Below, piece by piece: positions 24,421-39,123 of a stretch of DNA of 64,000 nucleotides (its first letter is position 1; each line of letters starts with the position of its first letter). The stretch lies in NCBI GenBank assembly GCA_051530055.1, contig CM121343.1, positions 6,356,389 through 6,420,388 on the forward strand, in the 5' to 3' direction. Both the position numbers and the translations under genes were made by a program. Under the pieces are notes generated by a model. The model made no database searches, was not told the origin of the DNA, and saw nothing but the letters and a program-made list of their open reading frames with translations. The DNA is from Neoechinorhynchus agilis. Its lineage: Eukaryota > Animalia > Acanthocephala.

Positions 24421-25506
24421 GTGTCTTTATTTTGTAATTTAAATAGGAACAACACCACAAGTTTATATAGTGAAAATTCATCACAATATGGAGTGAGAAG
24501 TACTTCTGATTGGAAAATGATAATGTCTAATCAATGTGTTCCGTATATTATCATGTGCACCGTCCCTACATCTTACAAGTACATATCAATTGGAATATAC
24601 TGGCTAATTTTCTTAGTGAGTCTCTATGTGAACACCGTTGCGTTTTTTGTTTACAAGAATCAATTTCTAAAACATTTGTACTACTCAACCTTTATGCAGT
24701 GGATAGCCATAACAACAACGTTATACTTACTAAACAATTGTATTTCCATCAGCTACTTATATACAATGAAGCATACAGCTAGTATCGATGCCATACTTGA
24801 GATACTGATGATATATTTGGACGCCTGCTTACATTCGATAACCGGTTTATTTTCTCTATTTTTAGCTGTGTTCAGATCGGCTTATAATAGTAAGCTGTCG
24901 GCGTCCAACAAAACAATGGATGTCACTCCTATTTGTATTTTATCCATCTTTATAACATTTGGTTCTTTGGCATTTATCCCGTTTAGCTTTGATATATGTT
25001 CGATAGAGCTAAACGGCGTTCAGACCTTCAAACTGATATGGAAACATAACCGTATAATAATCCCTGAAAACACGATTGGAAGTGCTTTCTTTTCATCTTG
25101 TTGTTTTGTCTCGTTAATAATCTCACTCGAAATAATATTGCGCAAGTGGAGGATCTCAAACGATTTGATGAAGAGAATTGCGGTCAACAGACAAAACAAT
25201 CGAATGCAACCGGTTATCTTTTTGATATGTACTGGAGCTCTCGGTTCGCTGACTGGATTTATGACCATTGGAGTTCATACATACCAACGAGCACACTTAA
25301 ATACATACTGCACTCCGACAAACCAGGTAGTGCGGAGAACCGCCGTAATCTTAACGAATTTGTCAACCGCACTTTGGTTCCATTTAAACACTGTCATCAG
25401 TCCAGTATATAGTAGAGCCGCAGCTAAAATAAAAAACAGATTTATGAAGAAACTTGCATTATTACGCGAGCGGTTCAATAAAATGGAATTATACGTTTCG
25501 TCATAA
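24421..25506 (+). CDS. Intronless orphan 7TM (GPCR-like) receptor
   Basis: 361-aa ORF with about seven hydrophobic segments, N-terminal N-x-S/T sites and extracellular cysteines; no subfamily motif recognised. Confidence 0.6.
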   Translation: MSLFCNLNRNNTTSLYSENSSQYGVRSTSDWKMIMSNQCVPYIIMCTVPTSYKYISIGIYWLIFLVSLYVNTVAFFVYKNQFLKHLYYSTFMQWIAITTTLYLLNNCISISYLYTMKHTASIDAILEILMIYLDACLHSITGLFSLFLAVFRSAYNSKLSASNKTMDVTPICILSIFITFGSLAFIPFSFDICSIELNGVQTFKLIWKHNRIIIPENTIGSAFFSSCCFVSLIISLEIILRKWRISNDLMKRIAVNRQNNRMQPVIFLICTGALGSLTGFMTIGVHTYQRAHLNTYCTPTNQVVRRTAVILTNLSTALWFHLNTVISPVYSRAAAKIKNRFMKKLALLRERFNKMELYVSS

Positions 25507-25568
25507 CGTAGGGCTCATTATTATCACGTGAGTTTATGTGAGTTCATACGAAATTTAATGGTTCCTTT

Positions 25569-25903
25569 GAGGTTTTCATCCAACGAAAAATGAGTGTTTT
25601 TTCTTGCCCAGCCCTCGAGATTGAGGTGATACACAGGGAATCCGATCCCGTGGATCTCTCAATTGCCGAGGCGCTATGCATTAATCGTGGGGGGGGGAGT
25701 AGTGGGATCGGGTGCGAACAGCAGGGACACACACAACGAGGCAGAGGGGATGCTCAATAAGAAGGATGAACTGACGGACAGCGTTACCCTCCTCTGATCC
25801 TTTTCAGATCACCCAAGGGAAGCTCCCTAACGAAGACACAAGGCGTCGAAAATTTGGAGCAGTAAAAATGAAAAACACCCATTTTTCGTTGGATAAAAAT
25901 CTC
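25569..25903. mobile_element. TIR-bounded cassette containing a Penelope-like GIY-YIG 3' end and a degenerate minimal hammerhead
   Basis: ~35-bp TIRs ttttcatccaacgaaaaatgagtgttttt / aaaaacacccatttttcgttggataaaaa. Inside: LEIEVIHRESDPVDLSIAEALCIN and GCTCC-CTAACGA-AGAC..GTC-GAAAATTT-GGAGC at 25822-25860. Confidence 0.6.
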
Positions 25904-26948
25904 GAATAAAACATGAGGTGTGGGGAAAAGAGGCTTTCCATAATATTGTTTCTTTGAGATGTTTGCTAGCGGTTGGCTTAAAATAAGTTTTATCTTAAGT
26001 TAAAAATGTTCTCGAAGAATTAGTATCTACGAACAACAAACACTAATCGAGAAATTAAATAGTGTCGGAAAAGATAAATTTCAAACATGTAGACGTATTT
26101 AAAAATGGTTGCTTCGAGAATGGCCCGAAGTTAAAGGAAACATTAGATAATGAACAATATAAAAATTTATAATTGGGAATGTCTGTTGAAAACCTTCGCA
26201 AAACCGACTGGACCTTTTTGTTTTTAGGTCAATCGTTTTACTCCATTAAAAGTTTGAAGATTGGATTATTTGTGTTTTTTAAATGGCGGAAAACAAGCAA
26301 CCTTGATAGAGGCACACGATTGTGTCGAAATATTGGACCTAATAATTTACTTCAATTTTTCCGCAATTTAAAAATGCTCTATCATTATTCTTGGGAATTA
26401 TTGGAAAATGTGAAATCCTTAGACGTTTGCAATTAAGTCCATTTTAATAAATCGCAATAATTGGATGAATGTTATATAAATTCGATGAACATTTATTGTA
26501 ATGTGTGAAAGTTCACAATGTATCAAATAGATGGTATAAATGGAATGACCGGTTGCACCATAAACCAATTCTTAAAACGGAACTTCTCGTGCTATTGTGC
26601 TCCTGGAAAGCTCCTACTTTAAATTTTCGTGTCTTGTTTTGCTAAAATCTAATAGTGATTTGTAGATGCGATTTTTTTAACATTTTTTGGGGCAATTAAT
26701 TTTATTGTACGTTGGCGAATCCTGCCCGGGTGTTGAGAAATATTTCGCAATTTTTTCTTTGCCTCTTCAATCTCTATTGTTGGCAAGTTTTACACAAAGT
26801 GTTCACTGGGGACAGGATTCGCCAACGTAAAATCAAATTCACCCCGAGGACAATGATATATGAAATCAATTTTATGTTCAACATCCAGTGTTTCAATATT
26901 TAATCACACAATCTCGCCGAAACTGTTATATTTTATTTGTATGAGGCT

Positions 26949-29900
26949 TTACGCCCACACCTAAAATATCTTTCATTACAAAAGTCGAACAACCGTTTAT
27001 GTCCTTACCCGAATGGTGGAATCCCAGCTCCCCGTTGCTAGTGCGGTTCCATCCGGAGAAACTTGCAAAGTACTTACTTTATTCTCATGTCCATACAAAA
27101 TGGCAACCCGTAAGCATTTTAAAGCGTCCCATACATTAACACAATAGTCGCTGTGGCCAGAGAATAGTAATCTTCCTGTTCATAGATTTACTTTTTTATT
27201 AGAGAAATCAATGCAGAGAAAAATACGCACCACTGACGCTAAAATCCAAATCATTGCACGGAAATAATATTGAATCTTTTCGATATACAGATATTAGTCG
27301 ATCAGCTCGCATGTCAAATAGTCGGCACTAAAATCGAAATTCTAAGCATTTAGAGATGCTGAGTTTTTGATGATTCTATGTATCATTAAAACTTTGAACA
27401 GTTTTAGAATCCACTTTTCGCACTTTGTTCCAAATTTTAATCCAAAGAAATGGAATTAGATTTTCAAACAGTACTTGGATTATCAAAAAAGATTAGCAAT
27501 ATGATCGGCTAGTGAACCAAAATGCAACTAAAAAAGACACGTATGCAAAAAGCCAAATATAATCAGAAAACACATCGGAGAATACAAAAAATTCACCTAA
27601 AAATATAATCAACTTTAGAATATTATTAAATTAGTCTGGTAAGAAGCCACGCACTAAACCATAGGCATCATAAACGTCGTAATTTAAGGGGACTTTTTGT
27701 GCAAGAGGATCATTCATAATCCCGTGCATGACATATTTGATTTATTTTAAATATTTCACAAAGCCACTTCGACTCATCGGCCATTAAGTGTTTTATTTGC
27801 AATAAATCAGATATGTCATGCCCGAGATTTTGCTTATCAATATTATACCTTGATGAAAGTGAAGGATTTTCTATCTATGATTATGAGTTTTGATAATCAG
27901 CAGCGTTTGCGCCGATATAAAATAAATGATTAAAATTTAACAATTTAAGCATCAATATACATTTTTTGTATCAGAAAAACTAAGGATACGAATTTTATTC
28001 CTGAATCTTCATTTGATATGTCAAAGTACGTCTTCGGACAAATATGGAACCAAAACAAAAAAATTAATTGGCCGACTTTTGCTTTTGCGTTATAAAAAAT
28101 AACGAAAATCCTTTCAAAATTTTCTCCGTAACAAAACATGAACAGTTCAATCTTCAAACATATTTTAGTGCATTGGCTTCAAGTACTTCTGACATAGCTG
28201 AATAGAGTTGCATTAATAGGTAATCCGAAGTAATAAAATATATCATTTTTTATATTTCGATTGGAAAGTCTTTTAAATGTATAGCAAAACTCCCAAGTAA
28301 ACCTTTTGTCGCGAAATGATTGTTGTTTCGCAGTTAAATGTTTATAGTGCACTTTAAGAATATTGAGAATGCGGCAATGATTAATGTTGCGACAAGTTTA
28401 AATAAATCAATCGGCACAGACAAAAATTTGTCCTTGCAAAGACTATTCACGACACTGCATATATGAACCGAAATGCAAAAAAGAGTCATTAAAGCGATTT
28501 GCGAGGATCATTGTAAAAAATTTAAATAATTTCTACACTTCGGACAAATCCTCTGCATAAAATGTTTCGGTGCTAATATAGGTTTGAGAATGATCCAAAT
28601 GCTCCTTAGATAATAATCACTGCTGCAGTTGGGCAACTTCCAACCGAAGAAAGTTTTCTCGACGTACGAAATATTATCCACCGGAAAATTGATAAAACAA
28701 ATAAGAAATTACAAAGATTCCAAAGAATAAGTACCCAAAGTTTTATTGTCCTTAAACAGTCTATTTGTTTAATATTCTACCTTGAGCGATAAAATTAAAT
28801 GATGCTAATCTGAACAACGCAATTAAGTTAAAAATGCGGAAACAGTTAAAAGGATTGAATTACCTGAGCGTCGTCGGAACCTGTAGCTACCGCGTCTCCA
28901 CTTGGATAAAAACAAACACAATTAACGTCGGATTCATGACCTTCGAACAATTGCACATAATTTCCAGTTCGTGTATCCCACACAAGTGCTGTCCGGTCAG
29001 AGCTCTTAAAATTTTTTAAAATAACAAAAACTTGTACGATGTGTGTGTGAAATTGGCTTACTGCGGAAACGAAAACATTGCCGAATTCACTCGGTGAAAC
29101 ATCAATATCCATAATATCTGCATTATGGCCAGTAAAGACCTGCATAGCAGTTCCACTTTCTACATCCCATAATTTGGCCGTTCCATCACCACTGCCAGTA
29201 AGGAACTAAATACTAATTGTTATACGCTGAGATCTTTAAAAGAATTACTTACTTGATGGTCTGAATTCAAAAATTGGCAGCATGAAATATATTGGCCATG
29301 ATTGGCAATTATTTTCTTTTGTCGAGGCATGTCAGTATTCGCAATTAATGAATACGTAGTTACTTTATTGTCGAGCCCTCTAATTAATGGGAGTTGAAAA
29401 TTAAATAATTACCACTATATTCGCGAAAAAAACACATAGTCAATTTACCCGCAAGCCACTAAATTTCCACTTGGACTGTACGCACAAGCCATTACCCAGG
29501 TCGTAGGAGTGCTGACTATATGTTCCTTTGTTGACGTGAAGGCATCCCACACAATCATTTTACCATCCTAAAAAGTTCAATCATTACCAAAATCTATAAT
29601 TCTGATAAAAAAACTGGTCCATTAAAACGAAACACGACGTTCAACGCCACCGGTCGCTGGGTTCTACGGGGTTGCGAGGCTTTTGAGATCACCCATCGGC
29701 CCCAGAAGAGGGTTGGCCCTGTCCCTTCGAGTGCGGCTACGATGTGTGCAAGTCAGCCGAAAGGCTCACAAAAAAGGAATATGGCCGAGAGGCCCAAAAG
29801 AAGATGTCGTAAGACCAATTAATATCAAAAAAAATAAAAAAAGTAAACACGACATGCAAAAAGTACACAAAAGGTTTAAGGACAGTCAATAGAGAAACAT

Positions 29901-31689
29901 AATACCACCAAATTCAAACGATTTAGTCGTAGCAATGAACATTTCTATCTGCATAACGTAAAGGCCAGAGAAGATCTAAAAAATGGATGCGATTAACCAA
30001 GAAAACACGGGCGACAAAATGAATTTATTCTAAACTTCACATTTCGGAAATAACCTCGAAATACCGATATTTTCATTCTTTTAGTTAAAATTTTTATGCC
30101 ATAAAATAGCGAGCTCGTGTGAAGTCTATAAAAGTTTGCTTACTAATTTTCACTAAAATAGAAAACAATTGAACAAAACTTTCGAGTGACTTCAACCTGA
30201 GCAAATATAATCCGTTCCATTATGAAATCGCATATTTGCTTCAAATTATTTCATGAAATTATCAATTATAGAATATCGCAGTTGACAAGTACGTTCATTC
30301 AACTGGATTAAGGCACATTGAAATCTAATGAAAGATTTACCCTTAGAAAGGATGCCATGATTTCTAGCGCAGGATTACACATGCGAGAGAGTAAATTTAG
30401 TCATTTTGAAATGTGGAGTTCAACCGTAAGACCATTTTCAAATTGTTCATCAGCCTTAAACACGAGCACAATTACTGACTATCTTATTTTATGAAATAAC
30501 GTTTGATATTTTGGCTACTCGCGTGAACTCTCGACATTTTATTTAACTAGAAGTCAGATTCATTAGCGTGAAATAATGTGGTTAACGTTAGCGAGGTGAA
30601 GAGGTTCGATGCTTTTACAGATTTATGCAGCTCGATCAAAATCACTTTAAGATAACTTTAACTGTATGTTAACTCACTTTCAGTCACGTATACAGACTTT
30701 TTAAAATTTTCTATGGTGTAGCGACGTTGAATTTGTAGACAAATTTTCAATAAGATTGATTTGATGCCTCATCTTCCAAAACATGCAAATTTAACTTAAA
30801 ATTTCGGGATGGCAACTGGAATCTACTTAGCATTTAAATGGACGCTAATGTGATGTGCTTCGTAGTATTTTCATGATTAAGTCCCGAATTCTACAAAAAA
30901 AATCGCCTAATGGGAAGTTAATCACTGTTAAAGATTCCACAAATGAGGGAAGACTTAATTGTTTTCCGCAATTATTATTGTATGACTAGATCCCTATCGC
31001 ATATTAAACTAATTCAGGTTCTCCTTCCGTAAAAGTTGTAACAAATAGAAATGTGAAATCGTTTGACCTACATGATTTTTTGAAAATTCAGTGGTCTTGT
31101 TTGTAAGAAAAAAGTTTTATCGGAGTTTTAAACGATGAGTAAAAGCCGGAATAAAAACTTAATAAGATTTATTTTCTTTAACCGACTTAACATAATGATC
31201 GCTATGGCCCTTTAATCAATAGCAATCTTTTTAAACGTAAGTGGTATTTTCTCAAGGATCCACGGAAAGGGCACCATATAACTTTAAAGCAACCAGGCTA
31301 CTAAGCTCAACGGATAATACTTTTTGGTTATGTCTCAGAGGCAGATTTATCATATTTAATAGAAATTTGCGATCTTACCTGTGAAGTAGTGATCATATGT
31401 CGCTTGTCAGTGGACCAGTCGAGGTCAAGAACTTTACTTTGGCAACATTTTAGTATTCGTCTTGGTTTTATAGCGAATGAACATAAGTTCTCGAGTTTTT
31501 GTGCGACCACACATACTATTTAGATGAGCGATTATCGTCTACATTGCTGAACTTACGTTCAACGTCGTTGTATTTTTTCTTTTCGTCTTCTAGTTTTTCC
31601 TTTAAGCTGTCCAACTCTTTCAAAAGACCAGTAAGTTCATCCTTACAGTCCTGAGGAGTGTCTAATAGATTTTTCGCGCGTCCGCTCAT
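26949..31689 (-). CDS. GNB5: G protein beta-5 subunit, 9 exons, all GT-AG
   Basis: [106 protein letters not shown]. Confidence 0.92.
29640..29810 (+). mobile_element. SINE-like structured repeat, copy 2, in GNB5 intron 2
   Basis: Homologous to 8595-8812; contains GNRA-capped hairpins agcc-gaaa-ggct and ggcc-gaga-ggcc. Confidence 0.7.
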
Positions 31690-32405
31690 TCCAGTATTTT
31701 CAATTGCATTCAGAACTATTAGTGTGTGTGTGGGTGATATATATATTCTGCCTAGTGCTCCAAGCTACGCCCGATACTTGTGAGAATCATGGATTTCCCA
31801 CGTGACTACATACATTGCGCATATACACAACCGCTGGAATATGCAAAGTGTAGGGGGGCAAAAAAAGCTTTTCGTCGAGAGCTTTTCATTTTTAAGAGAA
31901 TCGATCGACAGTGCCTGACAGCTCTACTAGAACCCTTAAACCGACGACTTAAAAATGTGCCATAGACAATGACATCAAAACATTTGATTATCTCACAGTA
32001 TACAAGAAGCAATAATTATAATCTATCAATGTCAGTCTGAGCACATTGATCGTCAAAAAATTGTTTATAACCTTGGGCTAAATGAATTCTCATTATGTAT
32101 ACCATTTAAAATCTATACGGATTCCGTAAACTGCGACATAAAATTAATTACGAATTCATACGTCTAAAAAATGTTCCTAAATCATTTTCTTCAGTTAAAA
32201 CTCCTTATTGCTTTTAACAAGCTACCTATGGATACTCATGGGGTATAATCATGAAATTCAATTAGCAACAAACACGATTTAATGATTACAGTGCTGCAAT
32301 GCTCAAAACAAGTTTATAATGCATATCGCATAATCTTTATATATTTATGAAAATATTGCGTGAATTCATTCTATACCCGTTGGAGCTCCCCAAAAGGATG
32401 CAGTT

Positions 32406-35400
32406 CTATTCCATTACTTCCCGAGGTTTCTTATCCAATCGATAGAGTTCCAAAACCAAAGAGTGTAATGCGGTTTCTTGTCCATTGACTACATCATTTA
32501 CTGAAGCTCCACTTGTTTCTAAGCCGATTCTATCCATTGCACACAACAAATACATACAAACAACGGTAGCATCATCCTTGTCGTATTTATCGGTTACGGA
32601 TAAATGAGTTTTATTTACGAGATCAGGCCGTATTGAGTGCAGCAAAACCGCGAGTACTTTGACTGGATTCCAAAAATGCTTTTTGAAATCATTGAAGTTT
32701 GAAATTTTAAAAAATTTGTTTGTATTGTATGAACTTTCCCCAATTTTCTGGTTTATCCAGTCAAATATAGTTTCTTTACTATGTTCATCAAAGGAAATAC
32801 TTTGTTCGCATCGCAATTTTTCCCAATTATCAATAATTGAATTTTTTATCACTAAAATTAATGCGTTTTTAAACTTACTAATCACGTATCGTACGTTTTA
32901 TTGGCTCCGGTTTTTGGAGATAGAGCTCATGGCCGTGTATTGTAATTCCAAACATTTTATTGACCAATTCGGCGGTGTAATTACTGTTTTCTGTTTAAAA
33001 GATTCGACATTGAAGAAAAGAAAAGCAATCATACCTAATCTTTGAAATTCTTTATGTTTTCCACTGTATTTTGTGACAATGTTTTTCCAATTGACTGAAT
33101 TTGGCCATAATGAATCTATAACCTAAAAAGACGTAAAGTCGTATTATCTTGAATATTGACGAACCTTCAATGTGAATAGACAGTCCTTCATGCGACTTTC
33201 GATTATATTTTCGAATTTTCCAACACTAATTTCGGTGAACCATTTATTTACGATCTGATCATTAATGCTCTCATTTTCAGTTTCACCATAAGAGTCCACC
33301 GAGAGAGTCGGATATTTGTTGAACAGATAAGTAATGAACGAAAGTTTAAGTCTTCTGTTCATTAAAATAATATCCCTGCATGTATCGATCGGAATTTCCG
33401 CGTTAATTCTCATAACGATATCGTTGCAATCCTGCCACCAATGCCTCGCATCTAGAAAAGTGCGTACATTGTATTAGAATTCCTTACCATGGAATTGTTA
33501 TGCACAGAACGAAAAGATCCTTCAACTTATCACTATGCCACTTCTGATGAAAAAGAGCAGAAATCAGCGCAGACGCAAACATTGTCGCATTTATTCCAAG
33601 CGAGCGCATGCGAATTGGATCAAGGAAAGTAAGAGGCTCGGGAACCAGCATAAGCAAATATCCATGTGACAGAAAACTGCCTGAGATACTAAATGTATAG
33701 ATACTTTTACATGCCAGTGGAATGTCTTTAGTCCTGAGAGTATTAGTCGATAGTTTCACTTTGAAGATAAAATTTATTATGCCAAATGTTAAATATTCTC
33801 AAAATTCAGCTGCACGACAAATGCATTAAACGATGCAAAAATGTTAAATTTTGAAATAGCGTTCTGTGTCAACCTATAGGCTACAATTGTTCAATTTAAA
33901 ACGTATCGGCGCTGATTTAGTTGTTTTGCTTTAAAGCATTACGCTTTCTCAAATTATAAGTCTTTGAAGAGCGTAAATGGATGCGACACTGGACTTCGAG
34001 AGTGCCGTCCTGTCAACGGATACTAGCCGTAAAATACGTGGGAATCTATTTAATAAGCCATTTGATCTGTCATAAAGCCTATCTTGCTTTTAAACCTGGC
34101 TAATGTAGAAGAGAGCCCTGGAGAGATCGAATTGAGACACTATTTTGATATAACTAAATAGCCTCATTGGAATGTATAGAAAGAATAATTTACGATCCTG
34201 ATTTTGTTTATGGACAATAAAATTTTATGCATAAATGCCTCTTGTGTTTATGTGAAAAACTAGACCGAACCCAAATAGTGGAAATCTAATTTTTTGTTTG
34301 TCATTTCAGCATATCCTGAGTTCTTTAGATTGACTTGATTTGAAAGGGAGGTGAATTTGGAGAATGCTTGTGAGTTGCACATCAACCTTTATTATCCATT
34401 AGCGAAATAAAAGTTCAGCAAGTTCCTTCATTTAAAAAACGAGTTTAGAAACATCCACTCGTAATCCAACAGTCTATGGATTTAATTACTCGAAACCGGT
34501 TCCGAGTGATGAAAACAACTGCAGTTACATTTGCTCTCAATATCCTTCAATCAATTAATATCGGTGCCAACTCACCTTAAGTATTGCATTGTCAGTCTGC
34601 CATCTGTGTAAGATATTCCTCCGTCGCTGAATCCATTAGAAAAGCAGAAGTAGGATGATATACAGTTGCTTTGATGGGTGAGTGTTTTGGTATAGGTGAT
34701 GCAAATAAGAGTTTTTGACAATCCAACAAACAATCTTTATGAAATGTTTTAGTACTTTGAAATTATTTTCACAATTCTTGAGTTATTTGAAATTCCTTTT
34801 AAACAATGCTTTAGGCTAATGTGCATTTAATGGATCACTATGATTGATAGGTTGACAGATCGCAACCGCATTAATGGCAACATTATTGGGGATATCAATA
34901 GGGCCAATGAAATTGGATCGTGACCTTGTCGTTAATGTTCACTCTTGGGTCTATGAGTAGCTGATTGAGATCGAGCATAAACTTGGGATGAAATTGCGTT
35001 ATTCGTCCAAGCAAAAACTTTAATGAAAAAAAATAGACAAGCTAAAAGGCACTACTCAATCATTATGCCTCGATTTTTGTGAATACTCGTACATCAACAA
35101 ACTAAGTAATTATTCTAAAGCTTTTATATTGGTAACCGTTTTTATAATCTGCGCAAATCATGTCGAAAATCATCAAAACTACAACCTCCACTCTTTTTCC
35201 ATACCGTACAATCTTCGTAAATGCCATAACCCGAGATGAGCTGGTGGAAAGATCCAACCTAGAAATCTCTAAAACACCAATAACCGTATAACCTTCCCAC
35301 CCGGCTAGAACCGTCGTTCACTCCAAAATATCAAGTGTTCACCAAGACCCACAGCTACGTGGTTCTCTTTTTTGAACAATAAAACGAGCTACTGTTCACG

Positions 35401-37311
35401 CGATCTCTCTCGATGTTCACTATGCAATAAATTTGAAAATATTCATAAGTAGCGCCTCGTTATTATTTTAAAACTAAAAGCACTGGAACAGACAAAATGG
35501 GCAATTTAATAAGTAAAATGAGTACATTTATCCAAAGTAGCGGTGCCATTTTTAAATCTGGAACCCACGGAAATGTCATTTTGATTTTGTACTTCAGAAA
35601 TAGAAAGTTTAAACGAAATCGGTGCCGTTTCTCACATAATGTAAAAAATTAACAAGGTTTCATCCTATTTACAAAAAAACATCGGCTCAAGATTCGCGGC
35701 GATTAACAATAGTTCGGCAGCATTAGGATAGTCTGCTTCTTATTTGCTGTTTTGAATAGCAAATCAAGCCCAAAGAATTGATTGGAACTGCTGCTAAATT
35801 AAATCTTGATTTTTAAAGGATATATAAAAAACCCGCATTCGCCCGTTTGTCTTTATTGACTTCAAAAAATTAATGAATACATCCAAGTTTACGATTCAAT
35901 CTTTCATAAAGCAGTATTATCGATTAATCATTATAATGAATAATGAAATTCAGTAAATAAAGTGTAAAAATTCGCTTACACCATCAAAAGCTTCTCGATT
36001 ATAACGTAAAAGTTAAAGTAAAAAATATCAAGTAAGAAAATCTAAAACAAAAGTTCGGTATTAGAGATCTAAACATACAATTAAATTTTTTTCGTTTTTA
36101 ACAATCACATATCTGCGGCGAACTAAGAGGTGAATTCGAATTCTTCACCTAACAACACAAAAATTCCCCACAATTCTTATATTAAATTTGTTATTGAGAC
36201 CGTTTTTTTCCGGCATTGGCTTAAAAGGTCGTTTTTGAACTTATTTTATATACTAAATACAGTTGCAGTCTATTCTATGAATTTCTAGGCTTAAATATTT
36301 GCTTAGATTACGGAGTTTCAGGAAAAAACAATCTTGCGTTCTTTATATTGAGTTTTATTAAAGGAAAGGCAACGCTTTCTAACTCGTTTTCTGTCACATT
36401 CTTACAAATTTTCGAAGTTTTGAACGACGCTAACATTAAAGGCCAGAAGACGATATATCACATTCTGGTCATCATCAATCCCATTGAACGTTTTAAAAAT
36501 AAAAAAGTAATCATCTCCACGAATCAACAAAATCAGATTATGTCTGGTTGTTTAAAATAAAGTTTTTAAACTTTTATTAAGAAAAAATCAAAGATCATCC
36601 GGTGACCTATAGAAATAATAAGGAAGTATTGATTGCTTTTTAACAGCGAGCGTCCTCATATTTGTTGATAACGAGCACAGTTTATCGCAGGTTTGATATT
36701 CGCAAAAGGATATTTATTGAACGTTTTCATTGTATTCAAATTAAATCTCGCCTTCATTGTAATCATCGTCTCTCGAGTAACCTTCTTCCAAATGTCGTAA
36801 AATATTTCGCTTTAATTTTGTATTTCCTAAAACACCGCCTTAAGCTTAGAAATCCGCTGAACAATAAGATTTCGGGATTAAATTTTAAACAATTTGGCCC
36901 AATGTTCGGTCCAATACTACGGTATATTTACTTCTTTGCATGGAATTAAAATATTTGTAATCGGTTCTGTGTCCGAAATTGTTGCGTTCGACTTTAAAGA
37001 TTTTCTCTGAATGTCTAGGATTATATGCTCAGGTTTTCAATTTTAAGGATGGAGCCGTTCACACTTCAACAAATGGATGTTTATATTTGGAAACACGTTG
37101 TTTAAATATTACGTCCAGAATTTTAACAAATCAGGACATAAAACAAGTCCTGATATTTTTAATTCTTGATTTGTGATGTCCGACTGTAGTAAAAACTTGT
37201 TGTTTAAACAATATTGATTTTATTTAAATAAGCACGCATACAATTTGGTCTCATTGAGCATCTTTGAACATTTATAGACATCATGAGCTCATCTTTGTCG
37301 ACGTTTACCAT
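32406..37311 (-). CDS. Multi-exon gene with a C-terminal calponin-homology-like domain
   Basis: Last exon IFDWINQKI...NFNDFKK...LAVLLHSIRPDLV is a CH-like pattern. Several upstream exons are flanked by GT-AG (33484-33759, 33144-33413); putative start MVNVDKDELM at 37311. Full structure not resolved. Confidence 0.4.
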
Positions 37312-38055
37312 TGTTTGCTTCCTCCTGTTATCCACCAAAAGCTGATCTCTGAGCCGAGGAGATCAGGAATAAGTAAGAGAAAACATTGGAGTAACAAAAC
37401 AATCCCCCCCCTGCGGGATAATTCGGCATGCTAGAAGCTCTCAGAGTTTCTTTTGCCTGATCTCGGCTTATAGGTAACAGCCAAATATCAATCGTGCAGT
37501 AAAAATTTCCTTCACTTTTATATTGAAATCGATAGACGATGGACACCTCTTCAATTTCGAATTTACTGCAGGTTGATTGTTTCCTTTTCAAGTCGCGAAT
37601 CCGTCCTGTACTAAAGATTCGATAAGTCAAAATCATACAATCGCTCTGTGTTGCATCCTTGTTTGAGCGATTTCAACTATGCGAATATCTTATATCGTTC
37701 TAAATCCAATAATTTCATTTATTTCTCGTATAAGACTTCTCAAATTGTTTTATTGAATCAAAGTTGCAGTGAGAACTTTTTACAGTTTTTCTTGTAACAC
37801 TCGGTTAGAAGTTTATTATTTACAAGGTCGAGGCTAAGATAAGGTAAAAGTATCGCTCAGGAATACCGTGAAAATTATTAACTTTAAAACTGGTACTGTC
37901 TTGCAATTACATCTTACCTTTAAAGTCTTAAAAAGTCGTCCTTTTAAATCTTATTAAGCAAGTAAAAAATTCTAACTCTGCTCGTTCGAAAATTAAGCTT
38001 TGTTATTGCTACCTCAATTCGCTTGAACTATTTTATTACAATGACTGAAATTTGG

Positions 38056-39123
38056 TCAATTGAACTTGTAAGTGCCAAGAGCTGCCATCGCTTGTTGTTC
38101 CGTAATAAATATTCCGGTATTCAAAGATTGTATTTCGCTGCATCTTTGGCAAAACGGTAGCAAAACGTACTGTGTAATATTGTTTCCATGGGTCGGATCC
38201 ACACAGCAATTTAGCATACAATAATTGGGATTTGTCATTTGTGAATTGCAATTTGTTGGAATCGTTGGAAAATCTGTTCCGTGACCGGATAAAATGGTAT
38301 TGTTCAGATTTTGATAGCCTATTCCAATATTCATGTTCCCATTCGAAGCGTAATTGTGAGGAATGGCAGCGGAGTGTGCCATAACCTCATTGTTCCCAAG
38401 GTTAAAACTTCCATTTTGTCCAAATGCATTCGAAGCAACATTGAAATAATCGAACTGTTGGTTAGAATTAATCAGGTTCGTGTTATTATTCGTCCCATAT
38501 CCCAAATATGGAACGTTCGAATGTTGTAACATTTGATTATTATAAAAGGGCGGACAATTAACCGGGCCGGTAAATTCAGTGGCGGGTAGGATCCATTTGT
38601 TTTCAGCGTCATCCATTAAATTTGGATTTGAACGCTTTCGATCTGAATTTTGATGATCCTCTTCATGATTATTTTGATCTACTGTCCAGTAAGATACTCT
38701 CAGTGTCGTCCCAACAAAAATTCTCTTAAATCTTTTATGAAGTGAAAGATTGTGCCTGATCGAATTCTAAAAATCACAACGAATTTGACGTGGGTTATAA
38801 GAATCACAACGTACCTTCCATTGCTTGCTTGCGATTAAATCACTTCGCTCAGCAAAATATGGGATGTTATCCATGAACCACGAATATATTTCTCTTAGTC
38901 GGAGTCTCTTTTCCTCGCTGCTCTGAATAGCCTTTTCGATTAATTCTGCAAAACTTTCAGGTCCCCAGTTGTTCATGCGACGGTATCTTTTCAGCTCCGG
39001 AGCATTTGACTGCTCAGGATTTTCTGATGGAATTTCCTCATTCTGCTCATCGCCACTTGAAGTATCAATACTGCTTTCAAGTTCGTCCTGACCATAAACC
39101 GAACTTTCGCTTGAATGAGACAT
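38056..39123 (-). CDS. FoxO-like forkhead transcription factor, 2 exons (intron 38767-38814)
   Basis: WGPESFAELIEKAIQSSEEKRLRLREIYSW...WK|NSIRHNLSLH..F, with the intron at the WK/NS position typical of FoxO. Confidence 0.8.
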
